Below are positions 11,115-23,227 of a stretch of 54,667 nucleotides of DNA, piece after piece (position 1 is the first letter of the stretch; every line of letters starts with the position of its first letter). A model generated the notes under the pieces. The model was not told where the DNA came from. It searched no databases and saw only the letters and a list, made by a program, of their open reading frames with translations. Position numbers and translations under genes: made by a program. Origin of the DNA: Chiloscyllium plagiosum (Eukaryota); NCBI RefSeq assembly GCF_004010195.1, contig NC_057756.1, positions 7,550,443-7,605,109 on the forward strand. Direction: 5' to 3'.

Positions 11115-12808
11115 GGGTACTATATAATGAATTTCAATGTTTGTAAAATCTCATTTGGTTCACTCATGTCATTTGAGGATGGAAAGTGCCATCCTTATTT
11201 GTTCTGACCTACTTGTGACACCAGCCCCACAGCAATGTGGTGACTCTTAGCTGACGTTATGCGATCATCAATGGGTAAAAATGTTTTCAGTAGCAACACC
11301 CACGTGCAATGAATGCATTATAATAAAACCAGATCATATTTAGGTCTCTGGCTGTCATTGTCTGTGTTTGAAATAAAGGATCTTAATTTTCACTTGTGAC
11401 TGTTGTCTCACATTTCATAACCATAAAATAATAGTTGAAAAGTATCCCTGATTACTTTCAGTCGCTTTCCCACTCTCTCTTCCAAAGTTAATGACTCAAA
11501 CCCTGCTTGGTTACAAGTCTCTGGCTGATCTGATCTGTTCGCATGCATCAACAGGAAAGTGGTTGCCAAACTCTGAACCATTGATCACTCTCCGTCCTGC
11601 CGCTAGTCATTGGTTGCTGAAACTCACGTGGATAGCCTTGCTACCTTTAATGAGACAATTCCTATGTATTCTGAACACTGTCTGATATTTCATCACAATC
11701 AAACTCAGCTAAGAAAGAATACAAGTGAATTTAAGCTGCTTCATATCTGATTTCAAATCATTCCCATTCACCATGACCCTTGCACTCCAGTGGATCTTAC
11801 TTCAACCCTCAGTTAGCTTTGAAATTCACAATGTTGCTGCCAAATCCCATCATGTCCTCTGTCCTCTATCACAGTGCCACCTTCTGTATCGCCATAAGAA
11901 GGTCATTCTCTGACTATTCCATTCCTTCATATATCGACTGACATTTTAATGCCATCCAGTATTATGAAAGGTATAAACATACATCTGACCTGATGCCTCA
12001 GTAGGAGTAGGTCACCTGAAATCTAAAGGCTGCACCGACATTGAATAAGCCCAAGGCTGATAAGATTATGACTTTAATTCGGCATTGTAACCTACCACAG
12101 ATACTTCGAACATCTCTTCGCCCGGCATCAGGTTGCATGTGTCTCGTGATTATTATATGACTCTGTCTCCATCACCCTCTGACTAGAAAGTTACAAGCAT
12201 AAGTTAAAGGTTTTCAGCAACAACTGAATCTGGAACATTGATGACTCCTCAAATGTTAAAGGTGTATGTCTCACAACTCTCACTTTCAATCTCACTTTTG
12301 CGACTATGTTCAAGGTTGACTTTTGATTATCTATCATGTTATTTCTGCATATTCCTTTTTCTTTGAGGGAAGGTAATATCACAATGATAGGGGGAATGCA
12401 GGTAGGAAGGCCAAGGTAGGTACACTCTCACTCTCTGATATCACAGCAAAATGGAATTGTTTTACCTTGTTCTGATATGGTCAATTAGACACTTTATGTC
12501 AATTGAGGACAAACAGCTCAAATGACCAGCTCTCTTTAATGAATTTATTTTGAAGAAAATACATTTATTTGATGAAGAAACAGACAGGTCGAGTGTAGTG
12601 ATTGGAATAAGGTCAGCCAGGTGGACCTCAGAGAATAGGAATTCCCTGATCGGGGCTCTTAATCAGGTCAAAACAGGGGGCTCTGACTGACTGGCATAAA
12701 TAGGAGTGTCAAGGCCTCTGTTCACTAGAGGAGCTGCTATTGATCTGGCTGGGACAGTGGCATGTACAATAACAGGAGACTGGATTCTCTGGAGCTGTGA
12801 CTGACTGC

Positions 12809-12997
12809 ATGTGTGTGTCTTTGTACGTAAGTGTGTGTGTGTGTGCGCGCATACGCGCTTGTGTATGTTTGTGTTAGATAGAGAGACAGAGAGAGTGTGT
12901 GCCTGTGTGCATGTTTGTGCGAGATAGAGACAGAGAGAGAATGCGTGTGTGTGAGACAGAGAAAGAGAGTTTTGTGCACGCGCGTGTGTGTGTGTGT
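12809..12997. repeat. Compound (TG)n/(AG)n microsatellite
   Basis: Direct inspection. Confidence 0.9.
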
Positions 12998-13094
12998 AAG
13001 ATATCCAGTCCCCAGCAGAGGGAAATCATACTGTGACTACCTGTGTCCTGTGTGTGTGTGTTGGTGATGATTCAGTCAGTTACTGATGATTCAA

Positions 13095-14310
13095 TGCATG
13101 AATAGCAAGATTTAGAGGGACATGGACCAAATGTGGGCAAACAGCTCTACATTAATTTAGCATATCTGTTTGGCATAGATGAGTTGGACTAAAGGATTTC
13201 TTTCTGCACAGTACAACTCCATGCTTTTTTTTTGTAGTTCATTAGATAATAATTGCTTTTTCGTCAATATTCTAATATTCAGAACTAAATCTGGAAAGGT
13301 TCAACGAGATTGCAAAGGAGTAGATATAGTCCTTCTATTGCAGAAGGAAAGGTTCCGGTAAGCAGGACGTGTTGCTCAGTTATCCTGGTGACTGTTATGG
13401 GAAGTAGTTAGAATTGATCCTGTAGGAGAACCTCATTGGAAAAATTGGGAATAGTCAGCTGGAATGTTTTAAATGGAGATTATTTTTAGTTAATTACTTA
13501 GAATTCTTTGAATGAGTAATGCATGCTATTGATAAAGGGGAGCCCATTGATGTGTTGCGTTTGAATTTCGGGAGTCATTTGACAAGATGCTACATGAAAG
13601 GTTATTGCAAACATTAGAGTTGATCCTGTAGGGGATCATATCTTCGGTAATGTCTGTGCCTTTGTTCTCCTGAAAGGAAGGATGTCAAGGTATTGGAGGT
13701 AGTTCCGTGAGTATTTAGTTGATTGATATCTGGCATGAATGAGTTACCTTGTGAATAACAATTTTACAGGCAGCTCTTGTTTTTTGCTGGAGGGGGAGTG
13801 ACTCAATGAAGTATGTAAAATCCTGGGTGGGCTTGACAAGCTAAATGTGGAAAGGACGTTTCAGCTTACATGTAAACCCAGAGCTCGGGGACACTGCTTT
13901 GTAATTAGAGGTAGCCCTTCCAGGATAGAGGGACAATGTTTCTTTTTCTCAGAATGTTGGGTGATATTGAAATATTCTGTCTCAGAAGGTGGCAGAAGTG
14001 CAATCATTAAACAATTTTAAGATGGGCCTGATAGATTGGGCAAGGGAGTTAAAGATTCTGAGGGTCAGGTGGAATTCTGGAATTCAGAATACAGGAAGGT
14101 TAGTCATGATCTTAGATTATTTCCTCATCAGCCTATTCAGAGACGTTATTACACTCCTTTGAAGCAGGTGGGACTTGAGCCCAGGTCTCCTAGTTCAGAT
14201 TGAGGGACACTACCAACAAATCAATTGCGCCCTCCTTTATGATCTTATTGAATGGTTGGGGTTAAGCTCAAGGGGCAAAATGACTTACCACCATTCCCAA
14301 ATAGTCTGTT
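13095..14310 (+). mobile_element. Fragmented old CR1-clade LINE pieces
   Basis: 3' UTR piece plus RT remnants (gataaaggggagcccattgatgtg); homologs at 29870-31080 and 51725-52320. Confidence 0.65.
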
Positions 14311-14964
14311 TAGCTCAGTCAATTAGTTGTTATTCATTTATTTGGCATTGGTTCAATCAGTTGGTGCTGATGTAGCCATGGTGCCCCAGTTCCCACAATT
14401 CCATTGGGCTGACAAAGGCCCTAATTGCACCATGGGAAAATCCTTTTGCCAACACACAGTTCCTCAACATGATATGAATCACAGCTTTTATGCATTTTTC
14501 TCAGCTTCCAGCCAGCGAGACTTTCTCTTCCTTCAATTTTGATCAAAAAACCAATGTTGCCTTCATTGGTGGCGGTGATTCTGAATTAGTACAATGGATG
14601 TCAGCATTGGTCCATGATATAACACCAATATGGCTGCCACCTCATGGGACAGGCCCAAATTCATAATGGAGCAGAGAGGCCAGAAGAGCAAGAGCTGACT
14701 GACCCTCATGTCTGTTTTAACTCTTTCTCCTGCAGGTTAAATACGATGTGTCATTTTGAACTCACACACCCAAGGGAAAATATCCTTGTCATTAGCCTTA
14801 TCCATGCCCCTCAGATTTTATACCCCTCTATAATGTCAACCTTCAGCCTCCTACTTTCCAGTGAACAAACTCCCAAGCTATCCAGCCTCTCGTTACAATT
14901 CAGACCCTCCATTACTGGCAACATCCAGGTAAATCTCTTCAGAACTCGGTTCAATTCAATTTTA

Positions 14965-15790
14965 AAAAATCTTTGTGGGGATGTGGGCGTCGCTGACTGG
15001 GCCAGCATTGAATGTCCATCCCTAGTTGCCCCTTCGGAAGGTAATGGTGAGCTGCTTTCTTGAACTGCTGCAGTTCACCTGCTGTAGGTTGACCCACAAT
15101 GTCATTGGGGAGGGAATTCAGGATTTTGACTGAAAGACATAGAAGGAATGGCAGTATATTTCAGTATATTTCAGTATACTCCAAAGTATATGCTGCCCTA
15201 TTCCTTCTGGATGGAAGTGACTGTGGATTTGGAAGATATTGTCGAAGGATCTTTGATGAATTTCTGCACTGCAACTTGTAGATGGTATGCACTGCTGCTA
15301 ATGAGTGTTGGTGGTGGAGAGATAAGATCCTTGTGGATGTGGTGCTAATCAATCGGGGGCTACTTTGCCTTTTGTACATTGTTGGAGCTGCACCCAACCA
15401 GGCAAGTGGGGAGTATTTCAACTCACTCGTGATTTGTGTTTTGTAGATGACGGACAGGCTTTGTGGAGTCAGGAGGCGATCTCCTCCCTGCAGCATTCCT
15501 AGCCTCTGACCTGCGCTTCTAGCCACTGTTTGTTTGGTGAGTCTAGTTGAGTTGCTGGTTAATGATAACTCTGGGGATTTTGATTGTGTGGGAATCAGTG
15601 AGGGTAACATCATTGAATGTCAAGGGGTGGTGGTTAGACTGTCCATTATTGAAGATGGTCATAGCATGGCATTTGTGTGGCATGAATGTTACTTGCCACT
15701 TCCCAGCCCAAGCCTGGGCATTGTCCAGATCTTTTCCATTTGATCATGGACTGCTTCTGTATTTGTGGAGTCATGAATAGTGAATACAAC
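14965..15790 (-). mobile_element. Non-LTR retrotransposon (CR1/L2 group) 3' part
   Basis: Minus ORF 15161-15613 AGQRLGML..LLTPQSLSVIYKTQITSELKYSPLAW; homologs at 31770 and 52470. Confidence 0.8.
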
Positions 15791-15792
15791 AT

Positions 15793-16888
15793 GGGGAGAC
15801 ATGGGAATGAGGGTGATTTAACGGTTTGAATTAGAAATTGGCTAGCTGAAAGAAGACGGAGGGTGGTGGTTGATGGGAAACATTCATCCTGGAGTTCAGT
15901 TACTAGTAGGGTACTGCAAGGATCTGTTTTCGGTCCACTGCAGTTGGTCATTTTTATAAATGACCTGGATGAGGGCAGAGAACGATGGGTTAGTAAATTT
16001 ATGGATGACACCCAGGTCAGTAGAGTTGTGGATAGTGACAAAAGATGTTGTGAGTTACAGAGGGACATGGATAAGTTGCAGAGCTGGGCTAAGAAGTGGC
16101 AAATGGAGTTTAATGCAGAAAAGTGTGAGGTGATTCATTTTGGAAGGAGTAACAGGAATGCAGAGTACTGGGCTAATGGCAAGATTCTTAGTAATGTAAA
16201 TGAGCAGAGAGATCTCGGTATACAGGTACATAGATCCTTGAAAGTTGCCACCCAGGATGATAGGGTTGTTAAGAGGCATATGGTGTGTTAGCTTTTATTG
16301 GTAGGTTGAGTTTCAGAACCATGCGGTAATGCTGCACCTGTACAAACCTTTGCTGTGGCTGCACTGAGAATATTCCATACCGTTCTGGTCAAGGCATTAT
16401 AGGAAGGATGTGGAAGCTTTTGAACAGGTTCAGAGGAGATTTACGGGCATGTTGCCAGGTCTGGAGGGAAGATCTCACAAAGAAAGGCTGAGGGATTTGA
16501 GGCTGTTTTCCTTCGAGAGAAAAAGGTTAAGGGGTGAATTAATTGAGACATATAAGATGATCAGAGGGTTAAATAGGTTGAACAGTGGGAGCCTTTTTCC
16601 TCAGATGGCAACGGCTAGCATGAGGGTACATAGCTTTAAATTGAGTGGTGATAGATGTAGAACAGATGTCAGAGGTAGTTTCTTTACTCAGAGAGTAGTA
16701 GGGATGTGGAAAGCACTACCTGAAACAATAGTATACTCACCAATGTTAAGGGCATTTAAATGGCCATTGGATGTGTATATAGATGAGAGTGGAATAGTTT
16801 AGGTTAGATGGGCTTCAGATTGTTTCACGGGTTGGCACAACATCGAGGGCTGAGGGGCCTGTACTGAGCTGTAATGTTCTATGTTCTA
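15793..16888 (+). mobile_element. CR1 LINE, 5'-truncated (RT domain to 3' tail)
   Basis: ORFs 15863 (VLQGSVFGP..FINDLD..KFMDDT) and 16410; TGTTCTA tail. Confidence 0.9.
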
Positions 16889-16904
16889 ATATTCCATGTT
16901 CTAT

Positions 16905-17480
16905 GACAGTCAAAATGGTATAGGCCATCTTACATGTTGACCATGGAGCAATTCCACGATTTTGCAAGGCCCACCCAGTGCCATTTGACTTAGGGGCCAA
17001 AGGAGAGGCAGAAATCCGGAGGCAGGAAAGTGAAGGAATCATCAAACCAGTGCAGTTTGCAGAATGGCAGCACTGGTCGTACTGATTGTGAAGCCCAAAG
17101 GGTTGGTTCATCTTTGTGGGGATGTTGAGCAAATGGTAAATCGCCTTTCACAGCTGGATATATGCCCTGTCCCTTGCATACAGGGCTCATATGCAAAACT
17201 GGCAAGAGGGAGTTCCTTCACGAAGCTGGACGAGCCATGTGTACTTGTGGTTTTATGAGGAATTCCGGAAATACGTTACAATTAATACCCATGGGGGTTT
17301 GTACTTATATACGAGATTGCCTTTTGGGGTATCATCTGCTTGTGCCATTTTCCAGCGGACAATGGAGAACATTTTACAAGGGCTACCCCAGTTCGCCATT
17401 AATCTGGGTAATGAGCCAAGAACTGGGAAGATCAATAAAGACCATCCAGAGAACTTGGAAACAATGGTAAACATTAGGAA
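16905..17480 (+). mobile_element. Degenerate Ty3/Gypsy RT remnant (unit 2)
   Basis: ORF 17191 YVTINTHGGLYLYTRLPFGVSSACAIFQRTMENILQGLP. Confidence 0.85.
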
Positions 17481-17483
17481 AGA

Positions 17484-17890
17484 ATAATCCGTATAAACGG
17501 CATCCATCAACTTACCTCGATCCACCATCTTTGTCAACGCTTTAAAAATGAGCTTTTCCAAGCAAGAAGTACCCTCATGAATCCATGCTGACTCCCTCCA
17601 ATTAGCTGAATCTTTTGAGGTGATTTGTTGCCCTATCCTTGATGATAGATTCTAACAATGTCCCCATCACAGTTATCAGGCTGACTCATCTGTAATTCCC
17701 TGGTTTCCCTTCTCAAAGAGTGAAGCGACATTAGCAAATTCCTGACCTAGATGTACAACTCCTGACTACAGGGAATTCTGAAAATTGATGTTCAGTAGAT
17801 CAGCAAAATGTTCTCCTACCTCCTTTAACGCCCATTGATGGAAGTTTTCAGGTCCTGGGATTTGTCACTCTTCAATTCCACTCATTTCAT
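17484..17890 (-). mobile_element. CR1 LINE RT fragment
   Basis: TKMVDRGKLMDAVYTDY; homolog of 2501-2890. Confidence 0.7.
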
Positions 17891-17892
17891 TG

Positions 17893-18232
17893 AACATAAT
17901 AGAATCTCTCCAGTGTGGAAACAGGCCTATTGGTTCAACAAGTCCACATCGACTCTCCAAAAAGTAACCCACCCAGACCCATTCCTCTGCCCTTTTATTC
18001 TGCGTTTACCCCTGATTAATGCACCGAACGTTAACATCACTGAATACTATGGGCAATTTAGTGTGGCTAATTCACTAACCTGACCATTTTTGGATTGTGG
18101 AAGGAAACCAGACCACCCAGACCCGGGGGAAGAATATGCAAACTTGATACAAGCAGTTGCCTGAGGCTGGAATCGAACCCGGGTCCCCAGCGCTGTGAGG
18201 ATGCAGTGCTAACCACTGAACCATCATGCTGC
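17893..18232 (-). mobile_element. HE1-like SINE (older copy)
   Basis: tRNA-like head (reverse complement of gtgctaaccactgaacca, ggaatcgaacccggg) plus HE1 core and tail. Confidence 0.8.
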
Positions 18233-18819
18233 ACCATTTATGTATTACTGACAATTTATTTTTGCTGATTTTATTTAGATATTGGCCTGATCCTCAGTTA
18301 GTTTCTGTGGAACTTTCAGCAAACTACCTCCTTGTCTGCTTTCAATACCGAAACATGTCTGCTATTTCAACACAATCATTGACAATATCCCCACTCTTAG
18401 CCTTCAGCGAGGACCAGCATTAATCTAAGCAGCTGCTTTCCCTTTCTATAACCAGAAAATCATTTCTTACTGTATTTTACATTCCGTGAATGTTTCCTTT
18501 CATCATCCTTTTTAGCTAATCTGATAAGCTGCTTTTTTGCCTCCCATGTTCATCCTTGTCTTTGTCACTTGCTGTGGAATGTGTGATGGTTCTATGTATT
18601 TTCTTTCATTTTATGCTGCTCCTGATGTCTTTGGATTTGGAAAGGTTAGTGCACTGCAGAAATGATGGAACTGTTGCTAAACAGATGAATGGTGAATGGA
18701 GATGTTCTTTCTAAATATTCATTGCAATTCTCCCAGTGTTGTCTTTTTTTTAGTACTTGCTATGCACAATATTTATCTTTGAAAGATGTTACCATTCTGC
18801 ATGTTGTTTTAATCACTGT

Positions 18820-20330
18820 TGTACCAGGATGTTGCCTCGGCTGAAACTTATCAGTTATAAGAGAGATTGGGTATAGTGCTGCTGTTTTCGTCAAGTCGAG
18901 GAGATTGAGAGGATATGATCGGAATGAATAAAACTATAAGGGGCATAGACAGGGTTAGTAGAAAGAAACCTTTCCCCTTGATGGCGGGATCAAGGAGCAG
19001 GGGCGTAGACTTAAGGTAAGGGGCAAAGTTTACAGAGGAGAGGTGAGGAAAAGACATTTTCACATTGAGGTTAGATGGAATTTATAAGGATGTTATCAAC
19101 ACTGGACGGCTTGAGAATTAAGGAGAGGCAGGTTCAGAGTCATAGGGAGAGGCAGGTTCAGAGTCATAGGGAGAGGCAGGTTCAGAGCTTGGAAGCACGG
19201 GATCTTTTTCCCTAGAACGTTGGATGCTGAGGGGTGACACTACAGAGTTTCATAAACACATGAGGGCCATGGATAAGTTGAATAGGCAAGGCCTTTTCCC
19301 CAGGGTAAGGGATGTTAAAGCTAGAGGGTATAGGCTTAAGGTGAGACTGGAAAGATTTAAAAGAGACCGAATGGTTAACTTTTTCAAACAAGGGGTGGTG
19401 CATGTATGGAATGATCTGCCAGAGGAAGTGGTGGAGGCTGATACAGTTACAACATTTTAAAGGCATATGGATTGGTATATGTATAGGAAGGGTTTAGAGG
19501 GATATGGGTTAATTGCTGCAAAACAGGTCGAGATTAATTTAAGATATCTGGTCTTCATGGACGAGTTGGACCGAAGGGTCTGTTTCTGTGCTGTAGAGTT
19601 CCATTACTCCTTGCAAAGGAAACTGATGATGTGGGACCCTAATTCAAAATGGGAGAGAGGGAAATACAGGTAATTATTGGTCAGTTCGCTTGACATACCT
19701 AATTGGGAATATGATGAAGTCTATTGTAAAAGATGAAACACGAGTATTTTGGAACATGTTTTACAATCAGAGTGAACATTGCGTCATGAAAGGGAAATGA
19801 TACCTGAAAATGGAGTGCAGTTCTTTGAGGAAACAACAAACAGGGTAGAGGAAGTGGAACAACTGGTTGTATAGTTTTGGAATTTCAATGAGGTGTCACA
19901 CATAACACTACTTTGCACGATAGAAATCATTAGCACTGGGCGTAGAACATGCCCATGGATAGAGGACTTGCTAACTAATAGGAAGCAGTGGCTTTTATGG
20001 AGGGAAAATTATAGAATGATGACTCATTCAAGCCACAAATGTTGACAATATGTCTTAGTTATGTGAATGACAGAAATGAACGTTCTGTCATCATTTACAC
20101 GTAGGTGGGAAGGCAAAGGATAAGGGTGGCCCACAGTGTTACAGACAGGGGAAGGAAGTTGGAAACAAATCTTGACTGACAAAATGTAAAATGGGAAACT
20201 GGGAGGTTGCACATTTAGTCAGGAAGAATAAGAGAGCTGAAAATTATTTACAATGGCGAAGGATCAGACAAATCTTTAGGAGAGAGAAATTCATGAGTCT
20301 TAGTGCATGAATCCCAAAAAAGGTCTCGTA
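18820..20330 (+). mobile_element. Stacked CR1/HER1 LINE fragments
   Basis: LRGD..VVHVWNDLPEEVVEA peptides; homologous to 39090-40505. Confidence 0.7.
19122..19187. repeat. 24-bp minisatellite (GGAGAGGCAGGTTCAGAGTCATAG) x about 2.75
   Basis: Direct inspection. Confidence 0.9.
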
Positions 20331-20555
20331 GAGTCACAGAGACGTACAGCATACAAATAGACCCTTCAGTCCAACTCGTCTGGACCAACCAGATATCCTA
20401 AATTCGCAGAAAGTGAGGGCTGCAGATGTTGGAGATCAGAGTTCAAAAGTGTGGCTCTGGAAAAGCATAGAAGGTCTAGCAGCATCCGAGGAGCAGGAGA
20501 ATTGTCATTTTGGGAATAACCCCTTCATTATTCCTGATAATGTCATTAATAACAT

Positions 20556-20854
20556 GGGCAGCATGGTGACTCAATGGTTAGTACTGTTGCCTCACAGCGC
20601 CAGGGACCTAGATTCAATTCCAGCTTTGGGCGACTGTCTGTGTGGAGTTTGCACATTTTCCTCGTTCTGCGTGGGTTTCCTCCAGGTGTTCCAGTTTCCT
20701 CTTACAATCCAAAGATGTACAGATCGGATGAATTGGCCATTCGAAATTGCCTATAGTGTTCGGTGCATTAGTCAGAAGGAAATGGGTCTGGGTGGGTTAC
20801 TCTTTGGAGGGTCAGTGTGGATCTGTTGGTCCACACAATAAGGAATCTAATCTA
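20556..20854 (+). mobile_element. HE1-like SINE, unit-2 specific
   Basis: gggcagcatggtgactcaatggttag head, V-SINE core tgtggagtttgcac, AATCT tail; empty site near 3790. Confidence 0.8.
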
Positions 20855-21014
20855 TTTACAATGATAAACGGAAAAATCTAACCTGAAATTTACATGTTAA
20901 AAGACATCTGACTGTAATAGGATACATCAAGTCCCCACCATGATGAAATGAAATTCACAACCCGAGTAGCAAACATTTCAATGCAGCTTAGAAGGCATCC
21001 GATCCAGATGTATC

Positions 21015-21445
21015 AACACTTGGTATGGCAACTGCTCTGTTCAAGACCACAAGAAATCACAGAGAGTTGTGAACACAGCCAAGCCTGTCATCCAAACCAG
21101 CCTTCCTTTGAGCTGTGAGAAAGCAGCCAACATCATCAAACACCACTCCAACACTGGTGATACTCTCTTTCACCCTCTTCCATCAGGCAAAAGAAACAAC
21201 AGCTTGAAAACACGGACCAACAGTTTCGAGAACAGCTTCTTCCCTGTTCTTATCAGATGATGAATGGACCTCTTGTACATTCGAGTTGATCTTTCTCTGC
21301 CCTTCTCTGTAGCTGTAACTCGATATTCTGCTTTCAGTTCAATTACCCTGATGTACTTATGTAAGGTATGATTTATTTGGATAGCAAGCAACACTTTCAC
21401 TGCATCTCGGTGCATGTGACAATACTAAATCAAATAAAATCCAAT
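21015..21445 (+). mobile_element. Rex1/Babar-like LINE 3' end
   Basis: ORF 21069 KAANIIKHH..LFHPLPSGKR..NSFENSFFP. Confidence 0.75.
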
Positions 21446-22079
21446 CTGTTGTAGTAGAATATTAAGTGGTCTGAACTTCAAATATTTTCAAGCAAGCAAC
21501 TGATATTTTTTATCAAGCTAAAGAGACTAAAGGATGTCAGGAGAATGCAGGGAACAGGGCCCTGAGTTGGATAATCATTAACATTGGGTAGTGAAGTAGG
21601 TGTGAAGGACCGATTGGCCTAACCCTACTCGTACATTCTATGTCTCTATGTTTGATTGGGATGCCTCTGTAGAAGCCGCAGCACCTTATCAGCTTGAGCT
21701 GCTGTATTGTTTGGTTTGTTTAGCTCAGGTCACCGAATCTGTCAAACAGAAGTGCTGGTTTCAGACTGTTGGAGTCTGATTTATGAACCTGAGGGGCAAC
21801 TTGTTTATGCAAATGTGTGTGTATGGAATGATGAGGTGATGGAGGCTGGTACAATTATGGCACAGAAAAGGCCATCTGGATGGGTAGATGAGCAGGAAGT
21901 ATTTAGAGGGCGAACTGTTGGCAAATGAGACGAGGTCAGATTGGGAGGCCTGGTCAGCTTGGACCAACTTGACTGAAGGGTCTCTTTCTGTTCTGTATAA
22001 CTCTACGACTCTATGGTTTCTGCAATCCATTGCTCACAGAGATTGTCCTATTACTAAGCCATTAAGGCTATAAGCCAAA

Positions 22080-22396
22080 TTAGATTAGATTAGATTACTT
22101 ACAGTGTGGAAACAGGCCCTTCGGCCCAACAAGTTCACACCGACCCGCTGAAGCGCAACCCACCCATTTCCCTACATTTACCCCTAATCTAACACTACGG
22201 GTAATTTAGTATGGCCAATTCACCTAACCTGCACATCTTTGGACTGTGGGAGGAAACCGGAGCACCCGGAGGAAACCCACGCAGACACGGGGAGAACGTG
22301 CAAACTCCACACAGTCAGTCGCCTGAGTCGGGAATTGAACCCAGGTCTCTGGCGCTGTGAGGCAGCAGTGCTAACCACTGTGCCACCGTGCCGCCC
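22080..22396 (-). mobile_element. Full-length young HE1 SINE
   Basis: Reverse complement has tRNA head GGGCGGCACGGTGGCACAGTGGTTAGC, V-domain core and (TAATC)n tail. Confidence 0.92.
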
Positions 22397-22406
22397 AAAC
22401 CTGCCT

Positions 22407-22475
22407 CCAGCCTCCATCACCTCATCATTCCATACACACACATTTGCATAAACAAGTTGCCCCTCAGGTTCATAA
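22407..22475 (-). repeat. 69-bp perfect inverted copy of 21781-21849
   Basis: Exact reverse complement by manual comparison. Confidence 0.9.
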
Positions 22476-22599
22476 GCCTTCTCTTTGATATTTTCCTATG
22501 AAGTCAGAACTGAATAATTTGAATGCAACAGGGACTTTATATCTCGATGGTAATATATTTTCCATAACAGATCAGAGATAGCAATGATGCAACTTTAAC

Positions 22600-22629
22600 A
22601 TTCCCTTGGGAATTCAAAAGAGTATAAAA
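22600..22629 (+). promoter_or_regulatory. Putative core promoter of GPCR copy 2: perfect O/E (EBF) palindrome plus TATA box
   Basis: ATTCCCTTGGGAAT at 22600-22613; TATAAAA at 22623-22629. Confidence 0.55.
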
Positions 22630-22707
22630 TAGTTTGTGAGTACAGTAATACTATGTTCAACTCGAAGATTTGGCTTCATCACCCAGGAACAGAACCTTCA
22701 TCACAAA

Positions 22708-22774
22708 ATGCTGCAGTTGTTCACCATCGTTGATAAAGTATATTACATCACTATTGCTGCTATTGGTGTTCCTG
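22708..22774 (+). CDS. GPR139/GPR142-like GPCR copy 2, coding exon 1
   Basis: MLQLFTIVDKVYYITIAAIGVP followed by G|gtaagt donor. Confidence 0.9.
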
Positions 22775-23051
22775 GTAAGTTTATTTTAATATTCATTCAT
22801 GGGATGTGGGCATCACTGGAGAGGCCAGCATTAATGGTCCAGAGGGCATTTTAAGAGTCAGCCGCATTGCTGCCAGTCTGAAGTGACATATCAGTCAGTC
22901 CAGGTAAGGATGGCAGTTTCCTTCCCTAAATGACATTAGTGAAACAGATGGACTTTTCCAACAATCCACAGTTTTAATTAAACTCTTAATTACAGATTTT
23001 GTTTTCATTCAATTCAAATTTCACCATCCACCATGGGTGTTCAAACCTGGG

Positions 23052-23227
23052 GAGAAAGTGAGGTCTGCAGATACTGGAGATCAGAGCTGAAAATGTGTTG
23101 CTTGAAAAGCGCAGCAGGTCAGGCAGCATCCAGGGAACAGGAGAATCGAGGTTTCGGGCATAAGCCCTTCTTCAGGAATGAAGGGCTGAAGAAGGGCTTA
23201 TGCCCGAAACGTCGATTCTCCTGTTCT
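23052..23227. mobile_element. Penelope-like element remnant in inverted arrangement with 15-bp TSD
   Basis: GTGTTCAAACCTGGG at 23037-23051 and 23228-23242; 41-bp inverted repeat at 23135-23175 and 23186-23226 (1 mismatch) made of hammerhead cores. Confidence 0.7.
23186..23217 (+). ncRNA. Hammerhead ribozyme core (sense strand; stem I 5' arm missing)
   Basis: CTGAAGA-A-GGGC TTAT GCCC-GAAAC-GTC-GATT. Confidence 0.5.

Noticed and set aside
19122..19187. 24-bp repeats as a CRISPR array
   Set aside because: No spacers, eukaryotic context; simple slippage inside a LINE
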